From positions 18,288 through 82,287 of the forward strand of contig JBAQNM010000008.1 of assembly GCA_049303795.1 (NCBI GenBank): a stretch of DNA of 64,000 nt, written 5' to 3'. The DNA is from Candidatus Moraniibacteriota bacterium (GTDB lineage: Bacteria; Patescibacteriota; Minisyncoccia; Moranbacterales; UBA2206). The notes under the pieces were generated by a model that had not been told where the DNA came from, did no database searches, and saw only the letters and a list, made by a program, of their open reading frames with translations. Both the position numbers and the translations under genes were made by a program. This document shows positions 20,415-28,573 of the stretch, in pieces (position 1 is the first letter of the stretch; each line of letters starts with the position of its first letter).

Positions 20415-21599
20415 TCACTTTTCTTGAAATTGAACCCTCACTATCCTAATTAGCGGGTAAATCCCAATGATAAGGAAAGCGGTAACTGAAATTTCCATTA
20501 AGATCATCATTGAAAATCTATCCAGTATTATTCCACCAGTAAGCATAAAGACTGTCGCTCCCATACGTATAAGTAGGCTATTTAATGAAAGGACGCTTGA
20601 ACGCACTGACTTTGTGATGACTGAATTCATATCAACCATAAGCTTTGTTTCAAAATATCCACGCATTAGATGAGCAATGAACATGCCAGCGAGAGCGATA
20701 ATTGGCATATTTGTAATTCCAATAGATAAAATAGAAACCAATAAAATAAGTGTTACAATAATAATATTCAGCTTTGAAAACTTTTCATAAAATTTTACAC
20801 CAGCAGCTACGAGTAACGTAGCTACACCCGCCAATACTCCCCAAGAAACAATATTTAATCCTAATGTTAGAAATAATGGATTATACAGCCATTTAAAACT
20901 AAAGAAGAAAGTGCCTATTAAAGCAGAAACGATCATTATATTCAAAAGTTGCTTATTGGTCATTGAATATTTTAAACCTTCTATGCCAACTCCTAATAAA
21001 TTATTATCTTCAGTTTTTTCTCGCACCCTGATTTTAGTCGTAATAACCATGAAAGACGCACCCACTAAAAAAATTGCCGTGAGATATAATGGGATTCTTA
21101 AATCAATTGCAGAAACAAAACCTCCAATTGAAACTGCCAAAAATGTCACCACTACTCCATAGAACTTAACTTGTGAATAATCTTTTTTAAAATCACTGGA
21201 TACTGCGTGTAAAAGCGCGTTATCGCTCCCTGAAACAAGCGAGCCCCCAAGAGCTAATAAAAACAATGTTGCTCCATAAAATAAAATGCCACCCGAAAAT
21301 GAAAGTAGGACATATGATAAGGCTAGAATTATATAACCAAAAAATACAGATATTCTATGAGAATAATAATCGCCAATGACTCCGGTTGGATATTCTAAAA
21401 GTACGCTCATTACATAATAAAAACCTATGAGCTGAAAAACATAAGTTGTAGAAATATCTCTACTAGTCAAATATAAAACCATCGTTGCAACCCAAAAACG
21501 CGCAGAAAAAAATATTTTAGCTAGTTTTACTTTTGTTAAATCATTCATATAAAAAAATAATACCACACAAAACAAGCGTAGAGAAATTTTCTTATTCAA
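20415..21599 (-). CDS. Polytopic membrane transporter (MFS-like, about 12 TM)
   Basis: 394 aa, repeated hydrophobic helices; family inferred only from topology. Confidence 0.45.
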   Translation of the reverse strand: MNKKISLRLFCVVLFFYMNDLTKVKLAKIFFSARFWVATMVLYLTSRDISTTYVFQLIGFYYVMSVLLEYPTGVIGDYYSHRISVFFGYIILALSYVLLSFSGGILFYGATLFLLALGGSLVSGSDNALLHAVSSDFKKDYSQVKFYGVVVTFLAVSIGGFVSAIDLRIPLYLTAIFLVGASFMVITTKIRVREKTEDNNLLGVGIEGLKYSMTNKQLLNIMIVSALIGTFFFSFKWLYNPLFLTLGLNIVSWGVLAGVATLLVAAGVKFYEKFSKLNIIIVTLILLVSILSIGITNMPIIALAGMFIAHLMRGYFETKLMVDMNSVITKSVRSSVLSLNSLLIRMGATVFMLTGGIILDRFSMMILMEISVTAFLIIGIYPLIRIVRVQFQEK

Positions 21600-22015
21600 A
21601 ATTACCTAATTATTTCATCTATTCCATCCTGTTTATAAAAAAGTTTGAATCCCACTCGGATATCCAAAATAAAAGCTTATGTAAAGCATTTGATATTTTG
21701 GCTTATTTTATTTTTTGGAACCGTGATTATTGGCTATAAAAAAGTAAAAGGCCACTCAAAATCAGTGGCTTTATACACTAGCTCCGAAGCCTGGAAGAAG
21801 TCCGAACCGCTTTGAAAAAAGAAGGAGCAACAAATTGCCACAGTGGCAGATTAGGTTAATTAACCCAGAGTAGGACTAATCGCCACTTGTTTGCCCGTGT
21901 GTCAAACGATTAAGCAAAAATGGCAGACTTGCCCAATAGGGAGAAATCAACGCGATCGTGAGCAAAATTTGAATCCCGATAAAATGCCTCGGTAAAGGCC
22001 TTTTTTGGTTATGTA

Positions 22016-22061
22016 TTGACAATATTTTTGCCACATGATATTATGTTCCCATAATGGGAAC
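22016..22061 (+). promoter_or_regulatory. Sigma70-type promoter (TTGACA-17-TATTAT) followed by a 17-bp palindromic operator overlapping the higB start codon
   Basis: ttgaca 22016-22021; tattat 22039-22044; gttcccataatgggaac 22045-22061 is a perfect inverted repeat containing ATG 22054. Confidence 0.6.
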
Positions 22062-22359
22062 AATTACACAGTCAATAATAATGAATATCCTCGGTAAAGA
22101 AAAATTACATGCTTTCAAGCAAAGGCACGCTGATGTCCGTTCACAGGTAGATGCCTGGGAGGCTGAAGTGGCTATAGCAAAGTGGTGTACGCCACAAGAC
22201 ATAAAACAGCGATATGCCAGCGCCAGTTTTTTGGCAGATAACATAGTAATATTTAACTTGAAAGGGGTAAGGTATAGATTAAAAACAAAGGTTAATTATC
22301 CATATGAAGCAGTACTAATAATGAACGCTGGAACACATAATGAATATACGCGTTGGTAA
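22054..22359 (+). CDS. higB: Type II toxin HigB-family (RelE/ParE superfamily) mRNA interferase
   Basis: C-terminal KGVRYRLKTKVNYPYEAVLIMNAGTHNEY resembles the HigB core (…IAFIDFRFKKIFVKHIVTHAEYDK); 7-nt overlap with the downstream HTH gene. Confidence 0.65.
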   Translation: MGTITQSIIMNILGKEKLHAFKQRHADVRSQVDAWEAEVAIAKWCTPQDIKQRYASASFLADNIVIFNLKGVRYRLKTKVNYPYEAVLIMNAGTHNEYTRW

Positions 22360-23582
22360 TAACAAGCAAAACTATGACAACTAAAATTAAGGTTATCAAA
22401 ACTGAAGAGGATTACCAAGGGGCTCTCAAGATGGTTGAAGAGCTAATGGACAAAAATCCCGACACCAATTCAGAAGACGGCGAAAAGCTGAGTCTTCTAA
22501 TAACATTGGTTAAGGATTACGAGTCTAAATCTATCCCTGAATCTTTACCTGATCCAATTGATGCGATCCTATTCAGGATGGAACAGCAGAATCTAAAACC
22601 ATCAGATTTAGTACCTTATATTGGAAGCAGAAGCAAAGTTTCTGAAATCCTTTCTCGCAAACGCCCACTAACCCTTTCAATGATAAGATCTCTTGAGGCT
22701 AACTTAGGTATTCCAGCTAAAGTCCTTCTGAAAGAATCAGATGAATTTAGAAATGCCGAGGATATTACATGGAATAGGTTTCCATTAAATGAAATGAAGA
22801 AACGTGGATATTTCAATGATTTACCAAAAATAACAGATATAAAGGTACTGATGGAGAATTTTTTTCAACCCATTGGATCTCCCATGCAGCTTGCTGGAAT
22901 GCTTCGTAAAACAAATTACAGATCAACTAGGCCAATGGATAAGCATGCGCTGATTGCTTGGTCCGCAATGATTGTAAAAAAAGCCAACGAAATAAAATCA
23001 GTTAAAAAATTTCAAAAAGACACTGTCAACTTGGACTTTATGCAAAAGCTGGCGAAACTAAGTGCTGAGGAAAATGGTCCTCTTCTTTCTCGCGATTTTC
23101 TTGAGAAACATGGAATCATACTAATAATTGAGCCACATTTTCCACAAACTTATCTTGATGGTGCAGCATTAATGCTTCATGGAAAAAATCCCATTATAGG
23201 GTTAACTCTTAGATATGATCGCATTGATAATTTCTGGTTTAATTTAATGCATGAATTGGCACATATAGCGCTACATTACGATGATAATTCAAACTTTTTT
23301 TATGACGATTTAGAAAATTCAGATCTATCAAATACAAAAGAGAATGATGCAGACAAATTAGCATGCGAAGCCCTTGTTCCTGAAAACAAATGGATCAATA
23401 GTTCTGCAAGACTAATCTCCATGCCTATAGCCGCTGAAAGTTTAGCAAAAGAATTGGGAATACACATAGCCATTGTGGCTGGGAAAATGAGACGCGGGGG
23501 TGATAAATATATTTATTTAAATAACATAATCAATCAGGCTAAAATCAGGACATATTTCCCTGAAATATCCTGGAAAAAATAA
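22353..23582 (+). CDS. HigA-like XRE HTH antitoxin domain fused to ImmA/IrrE-family (DUF955) zinc metallopeptidase domain
   Basis: HTH region SDLVPYIGSRSKVSEILSRKRPLTLSMIRSLEANLGIPAKVLL; C-terminal HEXXH NLMHELAHIALHY. Confidence 0.65.
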   Translation: MVITSKTMTTKIKVIKTEEDYQGALKMVEELMDKNPDTNSEDGEKLSLLITLVKDYESKSIPESLPDPIDAILFRMEQQNLKPSDLVPYIGSRSKVSEILSRKRPLTLSMIRSLEANLGIPAKVLLKESDEFRNAEDITWNRFPLNEMKKRGYFNDLPKITDIKVLMENFFQPIGSPMQLAGMLRKTNYRSTRPMDKHALIAWSAMIVKKANEIKSVKKFQKDTVNLDFMQKLAKLSAEENGPLLSRDFLEKHGIILIIEPHFPQTYLDGAALMLHGKNPIIGLTLRYDRIDNFWFNLMHELAHIALHYDDNSNFFYDDLENSDLSNTKENDADKLACEALVPENKWINSSARLISMPIAAESLAKELGIHIAIVAGKMRRGGDKYIYLNNIINQAKIRTYFPEISWKK

Positions 23583-23583
23583 T

Positions 23584-24681
23584 ATGTCTGATTCAAAAAT
23601 TTACACACCCATATTAAGATGGAAGGCTGCTGAGAAAGAAGCTCTCCAAGAGCTAAAGGATGAAAATAAAAACTTCATTATTCCGCTATTGGAACTGCTG
23701 ATGCCTCAACCAAAAAAAGCGAAAAAGGGAGAAGCTCCAAAAGTGCAGAGTCCAGCTGAACTACTCATGGAATCAGTAGAAATTTTTGAGTCAACATCGA
23801 ATGAAATAGCACAAGATATCAAAAAACATTGGGGAAATAAACATTTCTTTTTAGATTTCAAATTATTGCATGCACCAATTATATTAGAGGGATTAAAAAA
23901 TGTACTAACTACGGGCGATAGCGCAGGCATCTCAACAATACCGGTAATGCATTTGAGTTACGATGCTGATATTAAAAATGGCATCATTTCACTAGTAAAA
24001 AAGCATAACGCTGAATTATGCTTGAGATTGTCACGATCTGATATAAGCGAAGATTCCATTGCAACTAAAATCAACGAGTTTCTGAAAAGCTATGATTTGA
24101 AAGAAGAAATCATACATTTAATAGTTGATCTAAAAATCACGGACGAAGATTATTCTACGCTTACTGGCAAGATTAACAGCATTCCTAATATAAATAAGTG
24201 GAAAACATTTGCTATAGCGAGTGGCGCTTTCCCTCCGGACTTAACACAATTCACTACGCCCGATTTATACCGAATACCTCGTACAGACTGGACAAACTGG
24301 GTAAATTTAATAAAAAATCTTACAAGGAAACCCTCCTTCGCAGATTATACAATTCAGCACCCTATTTATAAAGAACCGACTGGCAATGTAAACCCGAGTG
24401 CGAGCATAAGATACACAACCCATTCCGAGTGGATGATTATGCGAGGCAGAGGCTTGCGTTCACCAAAAAGTGGTGGATTTGCTCAGTATCCACCACAAGC
24501 GAAACTACTATCAGACCAGCCAGAATTTGCTGGTGCAGGTTTTTGTTTTGGCGATGATTATATCGAAGAAAAAGGTAAAGATATACATACGAAGAAAACT
24601 GGAACTCCAAGAACCTGGTTGCGAGCCGGAATTAATCGACACTTGGCATGCACTGTAGCTCAGATCGCCAGTTTAACCTAG
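23584..24681 (+). CDS. Uncharacterised protein, possibly Beta-protein (sce7725-like) family; third gene of the higB operon
   Basis: Starts 2 nt after the preceding stop; N-terminal YTPILRWKAAEKEALQEL resembles the Beta_protein family opening. Not verifiable without an HMM search. Confidence 0.4.
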   Translation: MSDSKIYTPILRWKAAEKEALQELKDENKNFIIPLLELLMPQPKKAKKGEAPKVQSPAELLMESVEIFESTSNEIAQDIKKHWGNKHFFLDFKLLHAPIILEGLKNVLTTGDSAGISTIPVMHLSYDADIKNGIISLVKKHNAELCLRLSRSDISEDSIATKINEFLKSYDLKEEIIHLIVDLKITDEDYSTLTGKINSIPNINKWKTFAIASGAFPPDLTQFTTPDLYRIPRTDWTNWVNLIKNLTRKPSFADYTIQHPIYKEPTGNVNPSASIRYTTHSEWMIMRGRGLRSPKSGGFAQYPPQAKLLSDQPEFAGAGFCFGDDYIEEKGKDIHTKKTGTPRTWLRAGINRHLACTVAQIASLT

Positions 24682-25303
24682 AGCGCAATTGCTCCCTGAC
24701 TATCTCTTTCAAGGTTTTTTTATCCAAAACTTCAGCTAGCCTCTCATATATAGCTTTTCTATTTTTTGAACGCATGCCTTTGTCCTGTCCAATTTTTTCT
24801 AAAATCCCCAGCGCCTCTTCTCTCCATAACAGTGCTGCGACAGCCGCGCTGTTTTGATTTTTATTTTGTTCAGCCTCTCTTATCTTGCAAAAAGAAACTG
24901 CGTTATTTGAATCTACAATTTTTGCAATTGTTATGCCCCACCAATCAGGAACTATTTTTATTGCTTCGTGCAAATGATTTTTACCCACCACTAATGTCAC
25001 TCTGTCGAGAACTGTATTGTATACTTCAATTTGACCAGGTAATCTCTTGAGGGTATCTTTGTCACTTTTTAATTCATAGCCATGAATAACACCGTTAACA
25101 ACGGCAATATCAATACGAGCCTCGCCATGAGTAAGTCCCAGTTCTTCAATTATCTTCGTATTTTTAAGACTTCCATAAGACTCTTCCAGTTTTTCTTTGA
25201 GCGCAGTTCGAATCATCCTATCATTCGTAAGAATAAAATGTTGACTATGTATTTTAGGCAACTGTTTTTTCATATTTTGTTTTTGTATTATTTCTTTTTT
25301 CAT
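24632..25303 (-). CDS. sce7726-like protein with PD-(D/E)xK nuclease-type motif
   Basis: GEARIDIAVVNGVIHGYELKSDKD carries D...E-x-K spacing typical of PD-(D/E)xK; 3' end overlaps the convergent gene by 50 nt. Confidence 0.4.
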   Translation of the reverse strand: MKKEIIQKQNMKKQLPKIHSQHFILTNDRMIRTALKEKLEESYGSLKNTKIIEELGLTHGEARIDIAVVNGVIHGYELKSDKDTLKRLPGQIEVYNTVLDRVTLVVGKNHLHEAIKIVPDWWGITIAKIVDSNNAVSFCKIREAEQNKNQNSAAVAALLWREEALGILEKIGQDKGMRSKNRKAIYERLAEVLDKKTLKEIVREQLRSRLNWRSELQCMPSVD

Positions 25304-25354
25304 TATAACAAATAAAATAAAAAAATGACACTAAAAATATCCTTGCTAATTGGT

Positions 25355-26275
25355 TTATTTTGTAATGAAATCCAATGCCCCTTTTTCAATCATATCGAGT
25401 GTAAGAAGATAATCATTATGATTAAAGGTTTCTCTCAATGGACGCTGTGTAGTTTTCCAACCATTGCCGTCAGTAATCCAAATAAATTTATACTTTCCAT
25501 CCAATACATCAAAGAGGTTCCTATATTCGCCAGCCGTAGATTTCAGCTTTGAACCACCGCCTCCATAAAAATTAGTCTCAAAAATAAATAGCTCTTTACC
25601 ATTTTTAACAACAAAATCATATCTCCGGGAGGACTTATCAACTGGCACATCAAAGCCCCATTGAGCTTTAATTTTTCCAGCAGTCGCTTCTTTGAGATAT
25701 TCAAAGCCATTTCTCTTACATAAATCACTGATGAAGAATTCGACTATATCTTCCATGTAATGCCCGCTCCTATTTTTTCGTCCATTACTATCAAGTCCAG
25801 CCTCAACGCCAATCATATAGTCGACAAGATTTTTTATTTTCTGAGATATAATCAAATCCTTCAATCCTGATTCCTTAACAAATTTAAGATATTTTTCCAC
25901 ATCTTCATCGGTCGGATTTTCCTTACTAAAATCATACTCCTCATAAACAAATTTTTTGTGCTTGTAATCAACAAGAATTTTGAAACTTGCACTATTGCCT
26001 CCATCCCTGACCACTAAGGCAGGAATGGCTTTTATGGCTTCGGGGTTTTGTTTGACTAGGAATCTAAACTCCTCATCAAAGTTTTCCTTGCCAACTAAAT
26101 AATTCAGGTTATTCAAAGCAAGCTCAATTTTCTTGGTATTTTCAAACACCTTGTCCCAATTCACAAAATATGACCACAGCAGAATACTTGGCTTAATGTT
26201 TTTAATAAGGCAATCAAACACTTCGTCATTACTATTGCAATTTAATGTGTTCCTGTAAAAATCTAGGTTTTTCAT
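25355..26275 (-). CDS. Type II restriction endonuclease, DpnII/MboI family (GATC specificity inferred)
   Basis: N-terminal LWSYFVNWDKVFENTKKIELALNNLNYLVG resembles the DpnII family start (…DFPKVY…ALN.MN.LIG); last gene of the methyltransferase operon. Confidence 0.55.
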   Translation of the reverse strand: MKNLDFYRNTLNCNSNDEVFDCLIKNIKPSILLWSYFVNWDKVFENTKKIELALNNLNYLVGKENFDEEFRFLVKQNPEAIKAIPALVVRDGGNSASFKILVDYKHKKFVYEEYDFSKENPTDEDVEKYLKFVKESGLKDLIISQKIKNLVDYMIGVEAGLDSNGRKNRSGHYMEDIVEFFISDLCKRNGFEYLKEATAGKIKAQWGFDVPVDKSSRRYDFVVKNGKELFIFETNFYGGGGSKLKSTAGEYRNLFDVLDGKYKFIWITDGNGWKTTQRPLRETFNHNDYLLTLDMIEKGALDFITK

Positions 26276-27090
26276 TGTATTGTTTTTAGTTGATTAAACC
26301 TTTTTATTGATAAGTCTAAATACTTTTTTTCCAAGTCTATTCCGATAAACTTCCTCCCGTGTTTCACTGCTGCAATCCCTGTCGTCGAGCTTCCCGCAAA
26401 CGGATCTAACACGACATCGTTCTTGTTTGTACTTGCCAGAACAACCCTATTGAGCAAATCCAACGGCTTCTGTGTTGGATGCTTTCCGAAAAACTTCTCT
26501 TCTTTCTTAGGGGTATTGATTGACCAAACAGATCTCATTTGCAAACCACTCTTTTTCATTTGGTCTTCAGGCCACTCACCATTTTTCATTAAATCATAAT
26601 TGAAGATATGACCAGCTTTTTGGTCTTTTCGCGCCCAAAGCAGTGTTTCATGACTTGCAGTAAAAAAGCGACAGCTCAAGTTTGGTGATGCATTTGGCTT
26701 AAACCAAGAAATATCATTAAGGATTCTGAAGCCATGCTTTTGAAGCGCAAATCCGCATTGATAGATTGAATGGTATGTTCCGCTAATCCAAATAGTTCCA
26801 TGAGGCTTCAACACTCTCCTGCAGGCCTCAATCCAAGACAAGTGGAAATTAAAATCATCCTCAACTCCTTTACTCAAATCCCAGTCTCCCTTTTTAACAC
26901 TAACCATTTTTCCATTCTGACATGTAAATGTTCCACTTGAAAGGAAATACGGCGGATCCGCAAAAATCATATCGATTGAACCTTCCGGCAATTGACTCAG
27001 CAACTTCAAGGCATCGATATTATAAAGAACAAAATTATCTGCCTTAAAAAATGGCTTTTCTTTTACTGATGATAATATCTTGTTAGCCAT
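26272..27090 (-). CDS. DNA methyltransferase (N6-adenine/N4-cytosine type; DpnA-like second methylase)
   Basis: DPPY motif IFADPPYFLSSG; SAM-binding motif I-like FAGSSTTG near C-terminus (beta-class order). Confidence 0.75.
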   Translation of the reverse strand: MANKILSSVKEKPFFKADNFVLYNIDALKLLSQLPEGSIDMIFADPPYFLSSGTFTCQNGKMVSVKKGDWDLSKGVEDDFNFHLSWIEACRRVLKPHGTIWISGTYHSIYQCGFALQKHGFRILNDISWFKPNASPNLSCRFFTASHETLLWARKDQKAGHIFNYDLMKNGEWPEDQMKKSGLQMRSVWSINTPKKEEKFFGKHPTQKPLDLLNRVVLASTNKNDVVLDPFAGSSTTGIAAVKHGRKFIGIDLEKKYLDLSIKRFNQLKTIQ

Positions 27091-27104
27091 TTTTATAATT
27101 TATC

Positions 27105-27956
27105 CTAGTAATTCAAAATCAAAAGCTCTTTAATTTTTCCTCTTCCGCTAGCTTTGCAGTTAATCGCCCTATTTGCCATGACAGTCTCACGACGGTATTT
27201 TTTATATATTTCATTGATGAATGGCGTGTGCGAATTACTCAACATCACATAGCAGCCTCTTTTATCAAGTTCATCAAAAACATTCCTGAGTTTCAGCTGA
27301 TCTTCTTTTGTAAAACTATCCTTGTGATAACTGGTAAATTTAGCTGTTTCAGTTAATGGATGATATGGCGGATCGAAGTAAACAAAATCTCCTTTCTTTG
27401 CTTCTGCAACAGCTTTTTCAAATGAAACAGATGTTAACTTTGTATGTTTTAAAACTTTTGAAACTAACAAGATATTTTCTCTATCAAGAATGGTTGGATT
27501 TTTTGCCTTTCCAAATGGAGTATTAAAACCACCTTTTGAATTTTCCCTATACATCCCATTGAAGCAAGTCTTATTTAGAAAAATAAGATAAGCACTCTTT
27601 TTTAGTTCAGTATTCGATGTATTGTTAAATTTATCTCTTATTTTATAGAAAAGCTCCTTTTGGTTTTCTTCATTTCCATTTTTATATTCATTCTCTAACT
27701 TCTTAAGAATCTTCATTACTTCCTCAGGCTTATTTTTTATATTCTTATATGTAGAAATAAGCGTTGCATTGACGTCATTTATGTGAGCTTTTGTCGGGCT
27801 CAAATTAAAAAACAAAGCGCCACCTCCAATAAAAGGCTCAAAGTAATTATTGAAATCTTTTGGATAGTATTGTTCAAATTGAGACAATAACTGAGCTTTG
27901 CCACCAACCCACTTTAAGAAAGGTCTAGCTTGAATGTCTTTATTTCTTGGAGTCAT
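27105..27956 (-). CDS. Dam-family N6-adenine DNA methyltransferase (DpnM-like)
   Basis: LKWVGGKAQLL N-terminal SAM motif; DPPY VYFDPPYHPL. Confidence 0.8.
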   Translation of the reverse strand: MTPRNKDIQARPFLKWVGGKAQLLSQFEQYYPKDFNNYFEPFIGGGALFFNLSPTKAHINDVNATLISTYKNIKNKPEEVMKILKKLENEYKNGNEENQKELFYKIRDKFNNTSNTELKKSAYLIFLNKTCFNGMYRENSKGGFNTPFGKAKNPTILDRENILLVSKVLKHTKLTSVSFEKAVAEAKKGDFVYFDPPYHPLTETAKFTSYHKDSFTKEDQLKLRNVFDELDKRGCYVMLSNSHTPFINEIYKKYRRETVMANRAINCKASGRGKIKELLILNY

Positions 27957-27964
27957 GATTTTTA

Positions 27965-28189
27965 TTATTTAATTAGCTCCTCAAGGGGTTCCTTGAAGGC
28001 ATCGGCAATCTTTTTTATAGTACTAATTCTTGGATCCGGAGTCCGCCCACTCTCGATTTTTGCAATGGTGTGATAATCAAGCCCTGTTTCCCTAACCAAG
28101 TCACTCTTGGAAAGATGATTCTTTTTTTTGAGCCTTTTTACATTCTTTGCGATTTCAGAACATGCCTTATTTAGTGCTTCTTTTTTCAT
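27965..28189 (-). CDS. XRE-family HTH protein (putative controller of the RM operon)
   Basis: 74 aa, HTH LSKSDLVRETGLDYHTIAKIESGRT; first gene of the co-directional RM operon. Confidence 0.55.
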   Translation of the reverse strand: MKKEALNKACSEIAKNVKRLKKKNHLSKSDLVRETGLDYHTIAKIESGRTPDPRISTIKKIADAFKEPLEELIK

Positions 28190-28319
28190 ATTGATAAAGT
28201 TTTACTATGTATCATAATACTATGTATAATTATACCAAATTAAGGGAAAAGCGCAAATAGAAAAAACCGACCTGAAGCCGGTAAAAGTAAGTAGCAAAAG
28301 AGGTAATTTTATACGATAT

Positions 28320-28559
28320 TTAACCTTCTGTTTTTAGTCGATCAATTTTTTCCGAAACAATCTCCATCACTTCTGTCAAAAGGACAACCAATAGAGCCCA
28401 AAGAGCGGTCCAGGTGGCATAAATAAGCAGCTCACGGCCAAATTCCAGCTTATACAGGCCAATAGCAACAATGGCGCCATCCACAAGCGCAAAAAGCGCC
28501 AAGATCATTCGCAAGAGTCTGAAAAATATTCTGAGTGAGTAAAATGTCTTTAATGTCAT
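28320..28559 (-). CDS. Small membrane protein
   Basis: 79 aa, two TM helices. Confidence 0.3.
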   Translation of the reverse strand: MTLKTFYSLRIFFRLLRMILALFALVDGAIVAIGLYKLEFGRELLIYATWTALWALLVVLLTEVMEIVSEKIDRLKTEG

Positions 28560-28573
28560 ATGATTTAAAAATT

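Noticed and set aside
21780-21990. Moderately GC-rich 200-bp intergenic stretch bounded by hairpins, with faint similarity to RNase P P4 (aagtccg) and AGGGaGAAA
   Set aside because: It is too short for RNase P RNA, and the 3' P4 strand (ACAGAAnCCGGCUUA) is absent. No SRP or tmRNA signatures. Left as possible UTR or sRNA with no support.
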